A stretch of 64,000 bases of DNA from an uncultured bacterium (GCA_964559225.1 CAZLGA010000003.1:2619-66618), one strand, 5' to 3'. Positions 38,485 through 49,989 are shown, numbered from the stretch's first letter. A program made the numbers and translations. Notes: a model not told the origin generated them from the sequence alone.

Positions 38485-38825
38485 GGGAACCCTCCCCAAT
38501 AATCTGGTGGTTTGCCTGATGAGAAATTTTTTTCTGGTAGCGCAAACCTGATAGATTAAGGGATGATGTGCAAGAACAGGTTAACGAGGGGGATTAAAGG
38601 TTTCCACGAACTTTTCGGGTTTGTTTAGAAAAGTGAGTGGAAAAAAGGGGGAACCCTCCCCAATAATCTGGTGGTTTGCCTGATGAGAAATTTTTTTCTG
38701 GTAGCGCAAACCTGATAGATTAAGGGATGATGTGCAAGAACAGGTTAACGAGGGGGATTAAAGGTTTCCACGAACTTTTCGGGTTTGTTTAGAAAAGTGA
38801 GTGGAAAAAAGGGGGAACCCTCCCC
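38485..38825. repeat. 164-bp tandem repeat (2 copies plus 13 bp) bounded by GGGAACCCTCCCC
   Basis: Boundary 13-mer at 38485, 38649 and 38813; the two units read identically. Confidence 0.9.
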
Positions 38826-38830
38826 CTTTA

Positions 38831-38904
38831 GGGCGGTTAGCTCAGCTGGTTAGAGCGTCGGTCTCACATACCGAAGGTCACTGGTTCAAGTCCAGTACCG
38901 CCCA
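38831..38904 (+). tRNA. tRNA-Val(CAC)
   Basis: GGGCGGT acceptor, anticodon arm TCGGT-CT-CAC-AT-ACCGA, GGTTCAAGTCC. Confidence 0.93.
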
Positions 38905-39285
38905 TACAAAATTTTCCCAAATCTTGTTTTTGGTTTGGTCAAAAATATCAATATCTTGCATTGCGAATAGATGTAAAAAATTGGAGATAAAATAACAATT
39001 CTGAAGACCCGATTCTTCCAATCAAAATGATAAATGCCCAGCCATTTTTTTGCTGAACCCTTCGGGGGTTAGTTTGGTTGTGGTGTCTTATGATTTTACC
39101 ACTTGTCCAATCGGAAAATTTAAAACCCTGCTTGCGATAGAATAGATCCATCTTAACCTGGTAACGGTGTGTGTATCCATTTACATTCGGGAATTGACAG
39201 GTATTAAATTATGAATATACTTATTATAGGAATTTCGCTGCCGAGGAATTTTTTGAAAGAGTTGAGCCCATACAAGGAGGTTATT

Positions 39286-41364
39286 ATGTGTTATAAGACA
39301 AAGATTAGTATAACTATATTGGCAGTAGCCCTATTATGGGGCGCTGAAAACATCCCGGTATTGACAAATGGAAATAGCATGTCGAATGATTTACTCATTG
39401 ATACACCTTTAGAATTAAAAACTCCGCTGACGAGTTCCCAGCAAACGCTGCCTTCTATCCTTGCAATTCCTTACTCCATTGAGTGGCGAATATCACTTCC
39501 AGATACCTATCATGTGGGTTTGACAACAGTCTGGGACACAATTCTCTGGGTATCTGAAGGTTCTGCCACTACTGGTGCTGATGTACCAGAGATCTATGTA
39601 TACAACCTGAGAACCCTGGCACTCATTGATTCGTTCAATCAACCAGGGGTTCCTATGGGTTGGGGCTGGCGTGATATGACAACAAGAGGTGATTCGGTTT
39701 TTGCTTCTTATAGTGCTTCAATTCAGGTAATCCATGCGCCAACCCGCACTGTGGCACGGTCATTTACTCCGGGTACTGGATTAAATCCCCACCGGGGATT
39801 GGCATGGAATCCGGGTGATTCTATCTATGCTACTAATTTTGCCTCGCCAATATGGCAGTTTTATAAAGCCGCGCCTTTTAGCCCGCGTTCTGTTGCCAAC
39901 ATTGATACCTCTTACGGCCTTGGCTATGATGCCAACGGCTTTTTATGGATGTCGGTTCAGACTGGTCTCTCCCAGGGTAAGATTGCAAAGTTCAGCTATC
40001 CTGCCCTTATAAAACTTGACGAGCAGTTGATACCAGAGATTTTAGGTATTGCTGGTGGCTGTGAGATGTGGCGTGATACATTCTTGCTTTATCTCAATCA
40101 GGGAACACCTGATGAGGTTGTCTGTATCAGGCTTTATTTCCCGGCAAATGATGTTGGCGCAGATGCAGTAAGGAGCCCTGCAAGGGCGGTTAATCCCGGT
40201 TCTTCTATCGCACCGATTGCAAGGATTAGAAATTTTGGGGCGAACCCAATTTCTAATATCCCGGTAACTTGCTGGATTGATTCTGCTGGTGTCAGAATTT
40301 ATAACCAGAGCCTTACTTATCCTGGTCCACTTGCGGGTGGTGATACAGCCAGAGTAACATTTAGCCCTAATTGGCAAGTTGGTCCTGCAGGAACAAATTA
40401 CCAGGTAAAAATGTTCACGAGTCTAACAGACGATGCCAACCGTGCAAATGATACTACTAGTCAAACAACCATATCTTTTAATATTAGAGATACACTGGTT
40501 GCACCCTGGCGTCTGGTTATTCCCACCATTGACGGAAACATTCAACCTGCAGAATGGGCCGATGCTCTGATTTGGGATATCTCAGATGTTTTGGGACAAA
40601 ATGGCGTTGCCCGACCCGCAGGTAGTGCTATATTCTACTGCAAACATGATTCGCAGAATGTCTATTATGCCGTGGCAATGCCACCGGCATTAGCACGCAA
40701 TGATTATGACCAATTTGGCGCCTATGTTGATGAAAACTATAACCGCGCCTGGGCTGGAGATTCCTCTGAAGGTAATCACTGGTTTACTTTTATTGGTGTC
40801 GATACAACAATTTATCGTTCTCTACCCAGTGGTTGGATACGATGGGCAAGTGGGAATGGATTATCGCGTGTAAGCACGGTATCAGGACATCTTCAATTTG
40901 AGTCAGTAGTAGCAAAAGGTGCATTGAAATGGAATTACACTATTTCACCAAGAGATGATACGGTTGCCTTCTACATCTATTCTTTAGACCAACCTGGAGA
41001 CAATTATTATGGTATGTGGCCCACGACAATGCCGGCTGCTCAATGGAACAATCCTGTATATTATGGAACTCTAATCTTTTCATCGAGCCCGGTCACGGTT
41101 GAAGAAAGGGAGGCTATAACTCATAAGGACATACAAATCTGCAATCCATTGAGAATGCCTTTAGTCCTTGATAACATCTCAAGACTGGAAATTTATGATG
41201 TGACTGGTAAGAAGATTACAGAAATAAAGAAATCGGGAAACCATGATAAATTAGTATGGAATGGCAAGGACAGATATGGCAAAGCAGTACCATCCGGAAT
41301 CTACTTCTTGCGTATGAAAACCGAACAAGGAACTTTCACCAGAAAAGCAGTCTACCTAAAGTAG
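39286..41364 (+). CDS. Secreted multidomain protein (beta-rich N-terminus, CARDB-like Ig, DOMON/CBM9-like, FlgD/T9SS-like CTD)
   Basis: SD AAGGAGG before ATG 39286; signal peptide; NDVG...VNPGSSIAPIARIRNFG...DANRANDT; PTIDGNIQPAEWADA; WNGKDRYG...SGIYF. Confidence 0.65.
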   Translation: MCYKTKISITILAVALLWGAENIPVLTNGNSMSNDLLIDTPLELKTPLTSSQQTLPSILAIPYSIEWRISLPDTYHVGLTTVWDTILWVSEGSATTGADVPEIYVYNLRTLALIDSFNQPGVPMGWGWRDMTTRGDSVFASYSASIQVIHAPTRTVARSFTPGTGLNPHRGLAWNPGDSIYATNFASPIWQFYKAAPFSPRSVANIDTSYGLGYDANGFLWMSVQTGLSQGKIAKFSYPALIKLDEQLIPEILGIAGGCEMWRDTFLLYLNQGTPDEVVCIRLYFPANDVGADAVRSPARAVNPGSSIAPIARIRNFGANPISNIPVTCWIDSAGVRIYNQSLTYPGPLAGGDTARVTFSPNWQVGPAGTNYQVKMFTSLTDDANRANDTTSQTTISFNIRDTLVAPWRLVIPTIDGNIQPAEWADALIWDISDVLGQNGVARPAGSAIFYCKHDSQNVYYAVAMPPALARNDYDQFGAYVDENYNRAWAGDSSEGNHWFTFIGVDTTIYRSLPSGWIRWASGNGLSRVSTVSGHLQFESVVAKGALKWNYTISPRDDTVAFYIYSLDQPGDNYYGMWPTTMPAAQWNNPVYYGTLIFSSSPVTVEEREAITHKDIQICNPLRMPLVLDNISRLEIYDVTGKKITEIKKSGNHDKLVWNGKDRYGKAVPSGIYFLRMKTEQGTFTRKAVYLK

Positions 41365-41589
41365 TAAATCCAATGAACTGTAGGCAATTACAAAAACAAC
41401 TGATTAAATAGGTAAAAAAAATAGAGTACGTTAACCACTTAATTTCCAAATGTTGACGTACTCTATTTTTAATTTTAATTATCCCACTGCGAACGAGGCG
41501 TAATAATGACTGATACAGGAATCTTTGCAAAGGAACAGGACGTCTTTCACCAAAATAAAATCTTACCCAGATTAAATTAAGATTATTAT

Positions 41590-41720
41590 GATAAACTGGA
41601 TTATCATTCTTTACAATAAGCCCGAGAACGAACACAACACATATGATGTTGCTGGGTATAATCCATAATCGCGCTATTGATGAACTCCACCCCATCATTG
41701 GGATGTCGAGTATAAGGGGA
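41590..41720 (-). pseudogene. Decayed DDE (rve integrase-core) transposase fragment
   Basis: NDGVEFINSAIMDYTQQHHMCCVRSRAY then frameshift to KNDNP, resembling DNGSEFIN...TRSRPYxKNDN. Confidence 0.5.
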
Positions 41721-42181
41721 TTATACCAAGTTTATACCTAAACACCACCCTTAGAAAAATAAAATATTAGTTTTGAAACAATGAAAAGCACTTTTCCTTG
41801 GTGTCCCGTACTATATATATATAAATTTTTACTCATTTCTATAGACTATGTCTTCATAAATATTGCTTCAAGCCTTCACTTTATAGTGCAGGGACAGGCA
41901 AATAAGCCACCAACCCCATCGTCTTTGTGATGGGAGCTGTGCCATTTTTACCAAAAATAGCATAGAATAGCATCATCCTTCAGAACGGTCAGAATAATGC
42001 AAGCCTACGGACAGACTTCTTCAATGCGATTTCATTCAGAATTTCAAACCCCTGCCAAAATGCCATTTCCGGTCTCGCATACCAAAGGTCGGGTGTTCAA
42101 TGCACTCACCCGCCAGTTCTCGTTATTGGTGCATACATCAAAACAAAGCGTGTATCTAATTTCTAACGAAGTGAGGATAAG

Positions 42182-45100
42182 TTAAATTTGTAATAAATTT
42201 TTGAAATTTTTGAATTCGCTGTATATCTTTTTATTTAGATAAATATTGCGCGGTTCTCCCGCAGGTATTTTACTTAAGATTTCCTGGAGTATCTTATCGG
42301 CAACGGATAAATGATTCTTTGTTTCAGTTATCTTCGTTAAATAATAATAAACCTGAGCCAAATAAAAATTTATTATAAATTTAGTCTCGTTATCCTGCTC
42401 AACCTTTTCATATCCAAGGGCGGTTTTTAACAAATCAAGGGCAGTTAAAAGATGTGTAACGAGCAATTTCTTTTCAATAGTTGCTTGTTTTATCTTCGCC
42501 TTTACCCTGCCAATTATACAACTCAGTTTACTTTCAGGAACAAATAATTCTTCACACTTTTTTTCTAATTCTTCGAACATATTAAATCCCTGTTCATAAT
42601 TGCCTTTTTCTATCTCTACTTGAGCAAGACTTATCATTACTTCATTTGCCATCCTTACACTTCCTAATTTAATAAATATCTCATAAGCCTTTTTAAGATA
42701 ATATTCTGCATTCTGTATATCACCCTTCTCAAGATAAATATAACCAAGCCCCATATTTCCGTAACCATTACCGAGTTGATTATTTATCTGGGCATTTATA
42801 TGTAGATATTCATTAAATTTTTCTTCTGCTTTTTCTAATGCACCAAGTTGGTAGTATGTGTCGCCGATATTGTAAGTTGCAATCGCACGGGCAAGAAGAT
42901 TACCTGTTTTTAAATCAATTTCAAGTGATTTGTAAAGATATTCAAGTGCTTTATAATAGTCAGCTTTTCGCATATAATAGCCACAAATATTATTGTAAAT
43001 AACTGCTATGCCAGGTATATCATCTAACATTTCATATATCTTTAATGCCTTATTATACGCCTCAAAAGATTTTTCATATTCCCCTGTATGAGAATAGACT
43101 GAACCCAGCTGATTATAAACCCTCGCAATTTTTTTCCTGGTTTGAATATCAGGAGCATCTTTAACATTTGTTAATATCTGTTCGAGGACACTGCGTGCCT
43201 CTCTTAATTCGCCTTTAAGATAGTATATCCAGGCAATACCAAGCCAGGTATCAAATTTTTCTTCCTCCGAAAAATTTATAAGTAATTTTAATGATTCGTT
43301 ATAAATTTCCAGCGCCTTTCCATAATCACTAATTCTCTGATATGTATCTGCCATTTCATTAAGTATTTTGACCTTATCAAGTGTTGTGTGCGCTATCTTA
43401 AATGCCCTTTCATAAAGTTCAATTGCATCATCACTATACCCTATTCTGCTATATATTCCCCCTAACTTGCGCATTGTGTCAAAAATGGTTTTACTATTTT
43501 CATCGGTATCGGGTTTTAATTCTTTAAGCACATACACATAATACGAAATTGCCTCCATATTCGCGTAGCACTTTTGTGCATTTTCACCCGCTTTCAGAGC
43601 ATAATAAATTGCCTTATCTTTACAATCCGTCTTTGCATAATGTTCAAAAAGAATATCATAAAACTCAGCAAGCCGCTCCGAAAATAATGACTCAATAGTC
43701 TTTGCAACTAAAAGGTGTAACTCCTTCAGTTTTTTCTCAGGAATAGTTTTATAGATTGATTCACGAACCAGTGCATGATTGAATGTATAATCCTGGTTAT
43801 TATTTGTATATATGTAACCAATTTCTAAGAGTGGGCTTATTAGATTATCAAGATTATCCCAGAACCGCGTAAATCCCTGTAATACTTTTTTATTAAATGT
43901 CCTTCCCAAAACCGCCATTTCAGAAAGTAAATCTTTCAACTCAAAATTCAATGTATCATATGATGCCTGAATTATACCTTCAATTGTATAAGGAATATCA
44001 AATTGAATTTCTCTTTCGCTCGCCAACCACTCATTACCGCGTCGATAAATTATACCTCTCGAAATTAACAACTTGATTAATTCTTCAAGGAAGAATGGAT
44101 TGCCGCCAGCATCATTTACTATCTTTGCAATTAATTCTTCAGGCAGTTTTGATATCTTAAGTAAATTTCTTGATAATTCCAGAGTTTCTTCTTTGGTTAA
44201 GGGTTTAAGATAAATTTCATCTAATCTAATTTCATTCTTTAATTGTTCTTTTATCTGCCAGAATGGTTTATTTTTTTCAGGGCGCGAAATTAAAATTATA
44301 AGTGCTTTAATTCCACTATGTGTCTGTAATAAAAATCGCAACAACTCAAGAGTGGATTCGTCGGCAAGATAGAGGTCGTCAATACAATAAACAGTAGGGT
44401 TTTTTTCTACATAATTTTCAAGAATCTGACTTACGGCATTAAAAATCTGCAATTTTATTTCCTCAGGTTTTAAATACTTAACTTTTTCTTCGTATTTGGC
44501 GACAATTTTAATATTAAAAAGTTCTGCAATATACGGAAATATATCTTCTGCCTTCTCACCCATAAGTTTTTCAATGGAAGTTAAAAGTTTTGCCATTATT
44601 AACATTTCACTATCTTCGGTTCTTATTTCACAAATTTGTTTAAAAATTTCCACAAAGGGATGATAGAGTGTTTCACGATAAGGTGAACATCTACCAATAC
44701 ACCAGTTTATATTCTTTACCCGCTCCAGTGCCATACTCAATGATTGTGTGAACAGTTCTTCAATTAGCCGCGACTTTCCGACCCCTGCCTCTCCAAGTAT
44801 AAGAACAATATTACCTTTTCCCGAAAATAATTCTTGAACAAGGCTTGAAAGAAGTATTAATTCCTGTTTCCTATCCACAAGCGGTGAACTTAAACCCTCA
44901 ATTCCTCTTCTCTTTATAAATCCGGTCTTCTGTCTATAGACATTATACATGACCATTTCCTGTTTTGAGCCTTGAGGTAAAAATCGCAAAGGTTCAGAAA
45001 ATTCAAAAACCGGTTGAGTGATTTGATAGACTTCGTCGCCCACCAGCAATTCGTTTTCCTTTGCATATTCCATTATCCTTGCTGCAAAATTTACCGCATC

Positions 45101-45493
45101 GCCCATTACTGTATATTCGGATTTAATCTTTGAACCAACAGATGCAGCATAGACCCGTCCCAGGTTTACACCAATCCTTAAACCGAGAGGCTTTTTGATT
45201 TTTTGTTTTAATTTTAAAATCTGATTGAGCATTAATAAACCTGATTTGATCGCCCTTTCCGGGTCGTCTTCATGGGCAGATGGCACACCAAATGTCGCCA
45301 TTAAAATCTTACCCTCATGTTTGTCAATATTTCCTTCATACAATTTAACTGCCCCATTCAACTCATTAAATACTATCTTGATAAATTCAACATATTCTTC
45401 AGTATCCAATTCCTGCTCCCAGGAATCTATCTGTGTAACTTCAGCAAACAGAATTACACAGGGTTTTACCCTGGCTTCTCTATTTTTCTCCAT
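42182..45493 (-). CDS. Class III cyclase (C2-like) - STAND NTPase - TPR protein
   Basis: FAEV and KHEGK (second Asp lost), YTVMGDAVNFAARI intact; GEAGVGKS, IDDLYLAD, GGNPFFLEE, YTFNHALVRESIY, many TPRs. Confidence 0.88.
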   Translation of the reverse strand: MEKNREARVKPCVILFAEVTQIDSWEQELDTEEYVEFIKIVFNELNGAVKLYEGNIDKHEGKILMATFGVPSAHEDDPERAIKSGLLMLNQILKLKQKIKKPLGLRIGVNLGRVYAASVGSKIKSEYTVMGDAVNFAARIMEYAKENELLVGDEVYQITQPVFEFSEPLRFLPQGSKQEMVMYNVYRQKTGFIKRRGIEGLSSPLVDRKQELILLSSLVQELFSGKGNIVLILGEAGVGKSRLIEELFTQSLSMALERVKNINWCIGRCSPYRETLYHPFVEIFKQICEIRTEDSEMLIMAKLLTSIEKLMGEKAEDIFPYIAELFNIKIVAKYEEKVKYLKPEEIKLQIFNAVSQILENYVEKNPTVYCIDDLYLADESTLELLRFLLQTHSGIKALIILISRPEKNKPFWQIKEQLKNEIRLDEIYLKPLTKEETLELSRNLLKISKLPEELIAKIVNDAGGNPFFLEELIKLLISRGIIYRRGNEWLASEREIQFDIPYTIEGIIQASYDTLNFELKDLLSEMAVLGRTFNKKVLQGFTRFWDNLDNLISPLLEIGYIYTNNNQDYTFNHALVRESIYKTIPEKKLKELHLLVAKTIESLFSERLAEFYDILFEHYAKTDCKDKAIYYALKAGENAQKCYANMEAISYYVYVLKELKPDTDENSKTIFDTMRKLGGIYSRIGYSDDAIELYERAFKIAHTTLDKVKILNEMADTYQRISDYGKALEIYNESLKLLINFSEEEKFDTWLGIAWIYYLKGELREARSVLEQILTNVKDAPDIQTRKKIARVYNQLGSVYSHTGEYEKSFEAYNKALKIYEMLDDIPGIAVIYNNICGYYMRKADYYKALEYLYKSLEIDLKTGNLLARAIATYNIGDTYYQLGALEKAEEKFNEYLHINAQINNQLGNGYGNMGLGYIYLEKGDIQNAEYYLKKAYEIFIKLGSVRMANEVMISLAQVEIEKGNYEQGFNMFEELEKKCEELFVPESKLSCIIGRVKAKIKQATIEKKLLVTHLLTALDLLKTALGYEKVEQDNETKFIINFYLAQVYYYLTKITETKNHLSVADKILQEILSKIPAGEPRNIYLNKKIYSEFKNFKNLLQI

Positions 45494-48400
45494 TCTTCAA
45501 TAATCTCCCTGTTGTGTGGTAAATTCAGAAATTTATTTTGATATTCAAGATTTCTTATTTTCTGGGCGCGAGAAATAACGATGTCATAAGCAAATTGCAA
45601 AAATTTATATGCCTCGCTCGGTCTTTTAGTTTTATTGAGTATTTTATAATGGATATAGTAAATTTGCTCTTTATTGCCTTCAATCTCATGAAGACTTAAA
45701 AGTTTCTCAACCGCCCAGGTTGAGTATTGAAATGCCTTTTTTATATCATCTCTTTCTAACCATAAAAGCGCGTAATATGCTTGTGCATATATCTCATACG
45801 ACGGATTCTTTACAGCCCGTGCCGAAGAAAGCGCTATTTTAAACTCATCCTCAGCATAATCTAACTGCCCCATCTTCAAATACACCAACCCAAGTAAGTT
45901 ATGATAATATGCCAGATATTCTTTTGAGCCAATCTCTTTTGATATTGCAATTGTATTCTTCAGATATCTTACGGCTTCGTCATATTTACCAGTTTGAAGA
46001 AAAGAGGTTGCAATATTTCCATAACGGATTGCCATTCCTGATTTATTCTTTATTGACTCATCAATTTGTAAAGCCTTAATAAAGCATTCAAGTGCCTTAT
46101 CAATATCGCCTAACACTCCATAAAAGTGGCCTATATTTGATAATCTTATCGCCTCTCCTTTTCGGTTTAAGTTTCTCTGATCAATTTCTAACGCCTCTTG
46201 AAAATTTTTTAATGCCTCTTCATAATCGCCATATTGAATATACACTCCCCCCATATTAGAAAGTATCTGGGCGACGAAAAGTGAATCTTTAATCTTACGG
46301 GCAATATTGAGGGCGTCTTTGTAATAAATCAGGGACTGTTCAAAGTTATTTAGGTAATAATAAACATTAGCAATGTTTACATTCAATCTGCTCAATGCAA
46401 TTCTATCCTCTACTTTTTCATACATTGTCTTTGCTTTTGTGTAATAAATAAGCGCTTGGTCTTTATCTCCAAGTTTCCAGTAACAGAGCCCAATGCCTTT
46501 AAAGATGTTTCCTTTGAGTAAATAATTGTCGCTTTCCTCCATAGAATCTAAAGCCAAATTATAAATTTTTAAAGCCTGAGAAATTTCATTCTTATTATAA
46601 TAATTAATGCCGATCTTTTCAAGTATCAATGTTTCTTGTTTTTCTTTATTCAATATATTTAAAATTTCTAATGCACTATCATAATCTGCAATTGCTTCAA
46701 AGTATTCAGCCCGTGCAAGCATTGCCTTCCGCTGATAATCAAAATTATTTGTTTTTACCGTAAGTTCATACAATTCATCTATTGTTTTTGATTCCTCCAT
46801 CCTCTCACCAACCAAATGAAGTAACCTTATTTTTTTAATATATATATCACATCTTTCATCTTCTTTTGTGGTTATCAGGTCTAAAAGTTCGTTGTAAACT
46901 GATAAACATTTCTCATAAGAGAATTCTTTTTCAAGATAATCTGCCCACTTTCGTAAGAAGATACATGCCTCGTTTATATCGCCTGCTTCTTTTAAGTGAA
47001 ATGCAATAAGCCCATAATTTTCCAATTGACCCGAATTATTTTTTAATGTATTTGCAATCTTTAAATGAAGTTCCTGTCGGATTTTTTTGTTAACCGGCCT
47101 CTTATACATTCACGTAAGGTATTATGGTTAAAGTATAATTTTGAATCTTTGTGATATAGTAATCCTCTACCAAAACAGTAATTTAAAAATTCTTTTGCAT
47201 CTGATAACAACTGTGGGATTATTTGATAATTTATTTCATCATTTATGAGGCTAAGAATGTATAATCCATTTAAATACTCTCTTGGTATTGTATCAACAAG
47301 CGCTTCACTAATTTCTTTTAGTTTCAGGGAATCGGGTAATTCTCGTAATTCCCTTCCTAAAGGAAATGAATTTTTAATTAAAATACTGATTTCCACTGCA
47401 TAATATGGAATACCACGGCACAAATTTATAATTTCTTTTTTAAATTCATCGGTTACAACATAATCCTGAAGGTGATAAGTAACAATGTCTAAAATAGCAC
47501 AATCAGGTAATGGCTTAAGTTCTATAAATTCAACATCTTTTTTAACATCTCCTATTATTTTCTCCATAATCTGACAATTTTTATCACGCACCTCAATAAT
47601 TATAGTAATTCTGTTATTTTGAATATTCCCCTTGAAATATTCAAGAAAACTCAGTGATTGCTCATCAATAACTTCTATATTTTTTAAAATGATTATTAAT
47701 GATTTTGTCCTTGATGATTGCAAAAACACACTGGACATTTCCCTAAATAATTTAGACCTATAATTTTCTTCACTGGGTGGAAGAATAAAATCTGGGGCAA
47801 TCTGATATACAATTTTCATAAAAGATGAACAAGGAGTAAAATAATCCTGTTCGTTAAAAGTGGTTTCATATACACTAAATCTATTTTCTTTGTTAATTTT
47901 CTTTAAAGATTCATTTATAAAGTCAGTTTTTCCAATTCCCATCTCGCCCGAAATGATTATAAATTGTGGCATCTTTAGAAGTGCGTTGTAAAGAATTTTA
48001 AATTCTTCATTTCGATATTCAAAGAAAAAAGGAAAAGCAACATCCGGAATAATTTTCTCCTTAACCTGAAAAGCATCCTTGGATTTCTCAAACAAGAAGC
48101 AATCTTTATTAGTATTATAACACTCTTCATTAACAAGAATCTGTCCTTTTTCGGCAATTTCTTCAAGATGGGAGACTTCCTCAAATAGATGTCCGTATAT
48201 TTCTTCTCCTAATATCAAAATCTCTCCTGTCCCAACACCTATATGAACATCAACTTTATAACGCATTTTTTTTATTGCCTCCCGAATCTTCAAAGCACTC
48301 CATAATGCATTACTTGAATCATTTCCATATGAGCGTGGAAAACCAAATATGGCAACCACCCTGTCCCCCTCGTGTCTGATTATCGTTCCATAATGACTAT

Positions 48401-48533
48401 GAATAATTAAATCAATAGTATTAAAACATTCATTTATAAAATCAGTTGTTTTCTCCGCCCCAATCTTATTGGTTAACTCAGTAAAGCCAGAAAGGTCAGC
48501 ATAAAGAATCGTTGCCAATTTCTTTTCATTCAC
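45466..48533 (-). CDS. Class III cyclase (C1-like) - STAND NTPase - TPR protein split by a frameshift at an A7 run
   Basis: 47061-48533: YADLSGFT, RHEGD, GEMGIGKT; 45466-47109: TPRs; joined by -1 shift at ACA AAA AAA (plus-strand T7 at 47082-47088). Confidence 0.75.
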
Positions 48534-48619
48534 ATTATGATTATATAAAAATTACTTAAAAATGCAAGTAATATCTAAAAATTCTTCTTGACTTTCTAAA
48601 TATATTTTATATAATATAA

Positions 48620-49981
48620 ATGATGGAAGCAAAAACCATCAAAAAATCCCCGATAATGGAAGATTATTTTACCCCTGAAGAAATTGTTGCCCGGCTTGAC
48701 CGTTATATCATCGGTCAATTAGAAGCCAAAAAGGCAGTTGCAATTGCTTTAAGAAACCGCTGGCGTCGGCAGAGAGTCAAAGGTAAAATTAAAGAGGAAA
48801 TATATCCCAATAATATCATACTCATTGGACCAACCGGCGTTGGTAAAACCGAAATCGCAAGACGACTTGCAGATCTGGCAAATGCTCCTTTTGTCAAAGT
48901 AGAAGCATCACGCTATACCGAAGTAGGTTATGTAGGAAGAGATGTTGAATCAATGGTTCGTGATCTCGTTGAAATTGCGGTGAACATGGTTCGTCAGGAA
49001 AAATACCGCACAGTTGAAGAAAAGGCACGTCAGTATGCCGAAGAAAGAATACTTGATATAATCTTACCCGGATTGGTCCGTAATGACAAAAACGGAACCA
49101 GCAACCAAACCCGTGAAAAAATAAAAACGCTTTTACGAGCAAATAAACTTGACGACCGGATTGTTGAAATAGAAGTAACGCGCAAAACAACCCCATTTAT
49201 TGAAATCTTCAGTCAGACAGGGATTGAAGATTTCAGCATTGCTATTGAAGAGGCTTTAGGCAACAAATTACCCAAAAAGAAGAAGAAAAAGAAAATGACG
49301 GTTAAAGAAGCAATGAAATATCTACAAATGGAAGAAACAGATCGGCTTATTGATATGGATGAAGTCATAAGTGAAGCACGGGAACGCGCCGAACAAACGG
49401 GCATCATATTTATCGACGAGATTGACAAGATCGCTGGCGGTGGCATCACAAGCGGACCTGATGTATCCCGTGAAGGTGTTCAGAGAGATCTCTTACCTAT
49501 CGTGGAAGGCTCAAGTGTAATGACAAAGTATGGAATGGTAAAAACTGACCATATCCTATTCATTGCGGCTGGTGCATTTCATAATAAAAAGCCTTCGGAC
49601 TTAATACCCGAATTGCAGGGCAGGTTCCCAATCCGAGTTGAATTATCACCATTAACAAAAGACGACTTTTGTAGAATTCTTGTTGAACCTGAAAATTCTC
49701 TTATAAAGCAATACAATGCCCTTTTTAAAACCGAAGGTATTGAATTAGAATTCACCGATGACGCCATCAATGCGATTGCAGAAACAGCAGCAAAGGTAAA
49801 TGAATCTACCGAAAATATTGGTGCACGAAGATTGCACACGGTGATGTCCAAATTACTTGAAGAACTTTTATACACTGCACCCAATATTAATATGAAAAGT
49901 ATAAAAATTACTGGGGATTACGTACACAGGAAACTTGCTGAAATCGTGAAAAATGTTGATGTATCAAGGTATATCCTTTAG
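48620..49981 (+). CDS. hslU: ATP-dependent protease ATPase subunit HslU
   Basis: [48 protein letters not shown]; hslV not in window. Confidence 0.95.
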   Translation: MMEAKTIKKSPIMEDYFTPEEIVARLDRYIIGQLEAKKAVAIALRNRWRRQRVKGKIKEEIYPNNIILIGPTGVGKTEIARRLADLANAPFVKVEASRYTEVGYVGRDVESMVRDLVEIAVNMVRQEKYRTVEEKARQYAEERILDIILPGLVRNDKNGTSNQTREKIKTLLRANKLDDRIVEIEVTRKTTPFIEIFSQTGIEDFSIAIEEALGNKLPKKKKKKKMTVKEAMKYLQMEETDRLIDMDEVISEARERAEQTGIIFIDEIDKIAGGGITSGPDVSREGVQRDLLPIVEGSSVMTKYGMVKTDHILFIAAGAFHNKKPSDLIPELQGRFPIRVELSPLTKDDFCRILVEPENSLIKQYNALFKTEGIELEFTDDAINAIAETAAKVNESTENIGARRLHTVMSKLLEELLYTAPNINMKSIKITGDYVHRKLAEIVKNVDVSRYIL

Positions 49982-49989
49982 TCTCTGAG

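Noticed and set aside
38500-38558. 59-nt hairpin as an integron attC site
   Set aside because: No RYYYAAC/GTTRRRY ends, no cassette ORF and no integron integrase
38485-38825. CRISPR array reading of the tandem repeat
   Set aside because: Whole 164-bp units are identical with no unique spacers, and no cas genes are present
41880-42175. GC-richer stretch possibly from a decayed gene (minus-strand WYARPEMAFWQGFEILNEIALKKSVRRLAL)
   Set aside because: Stops in all frames and no family could be assigned with confidence
24129-48533. Calling the cyclase-STAND loci Pycsar, CBASS or Avs defence systems
   Set aside because: No cNMP-binding TIR/TM effector or nuclease is adjacent and the setting is housekeeping genes; a defence role stays an untested possibility
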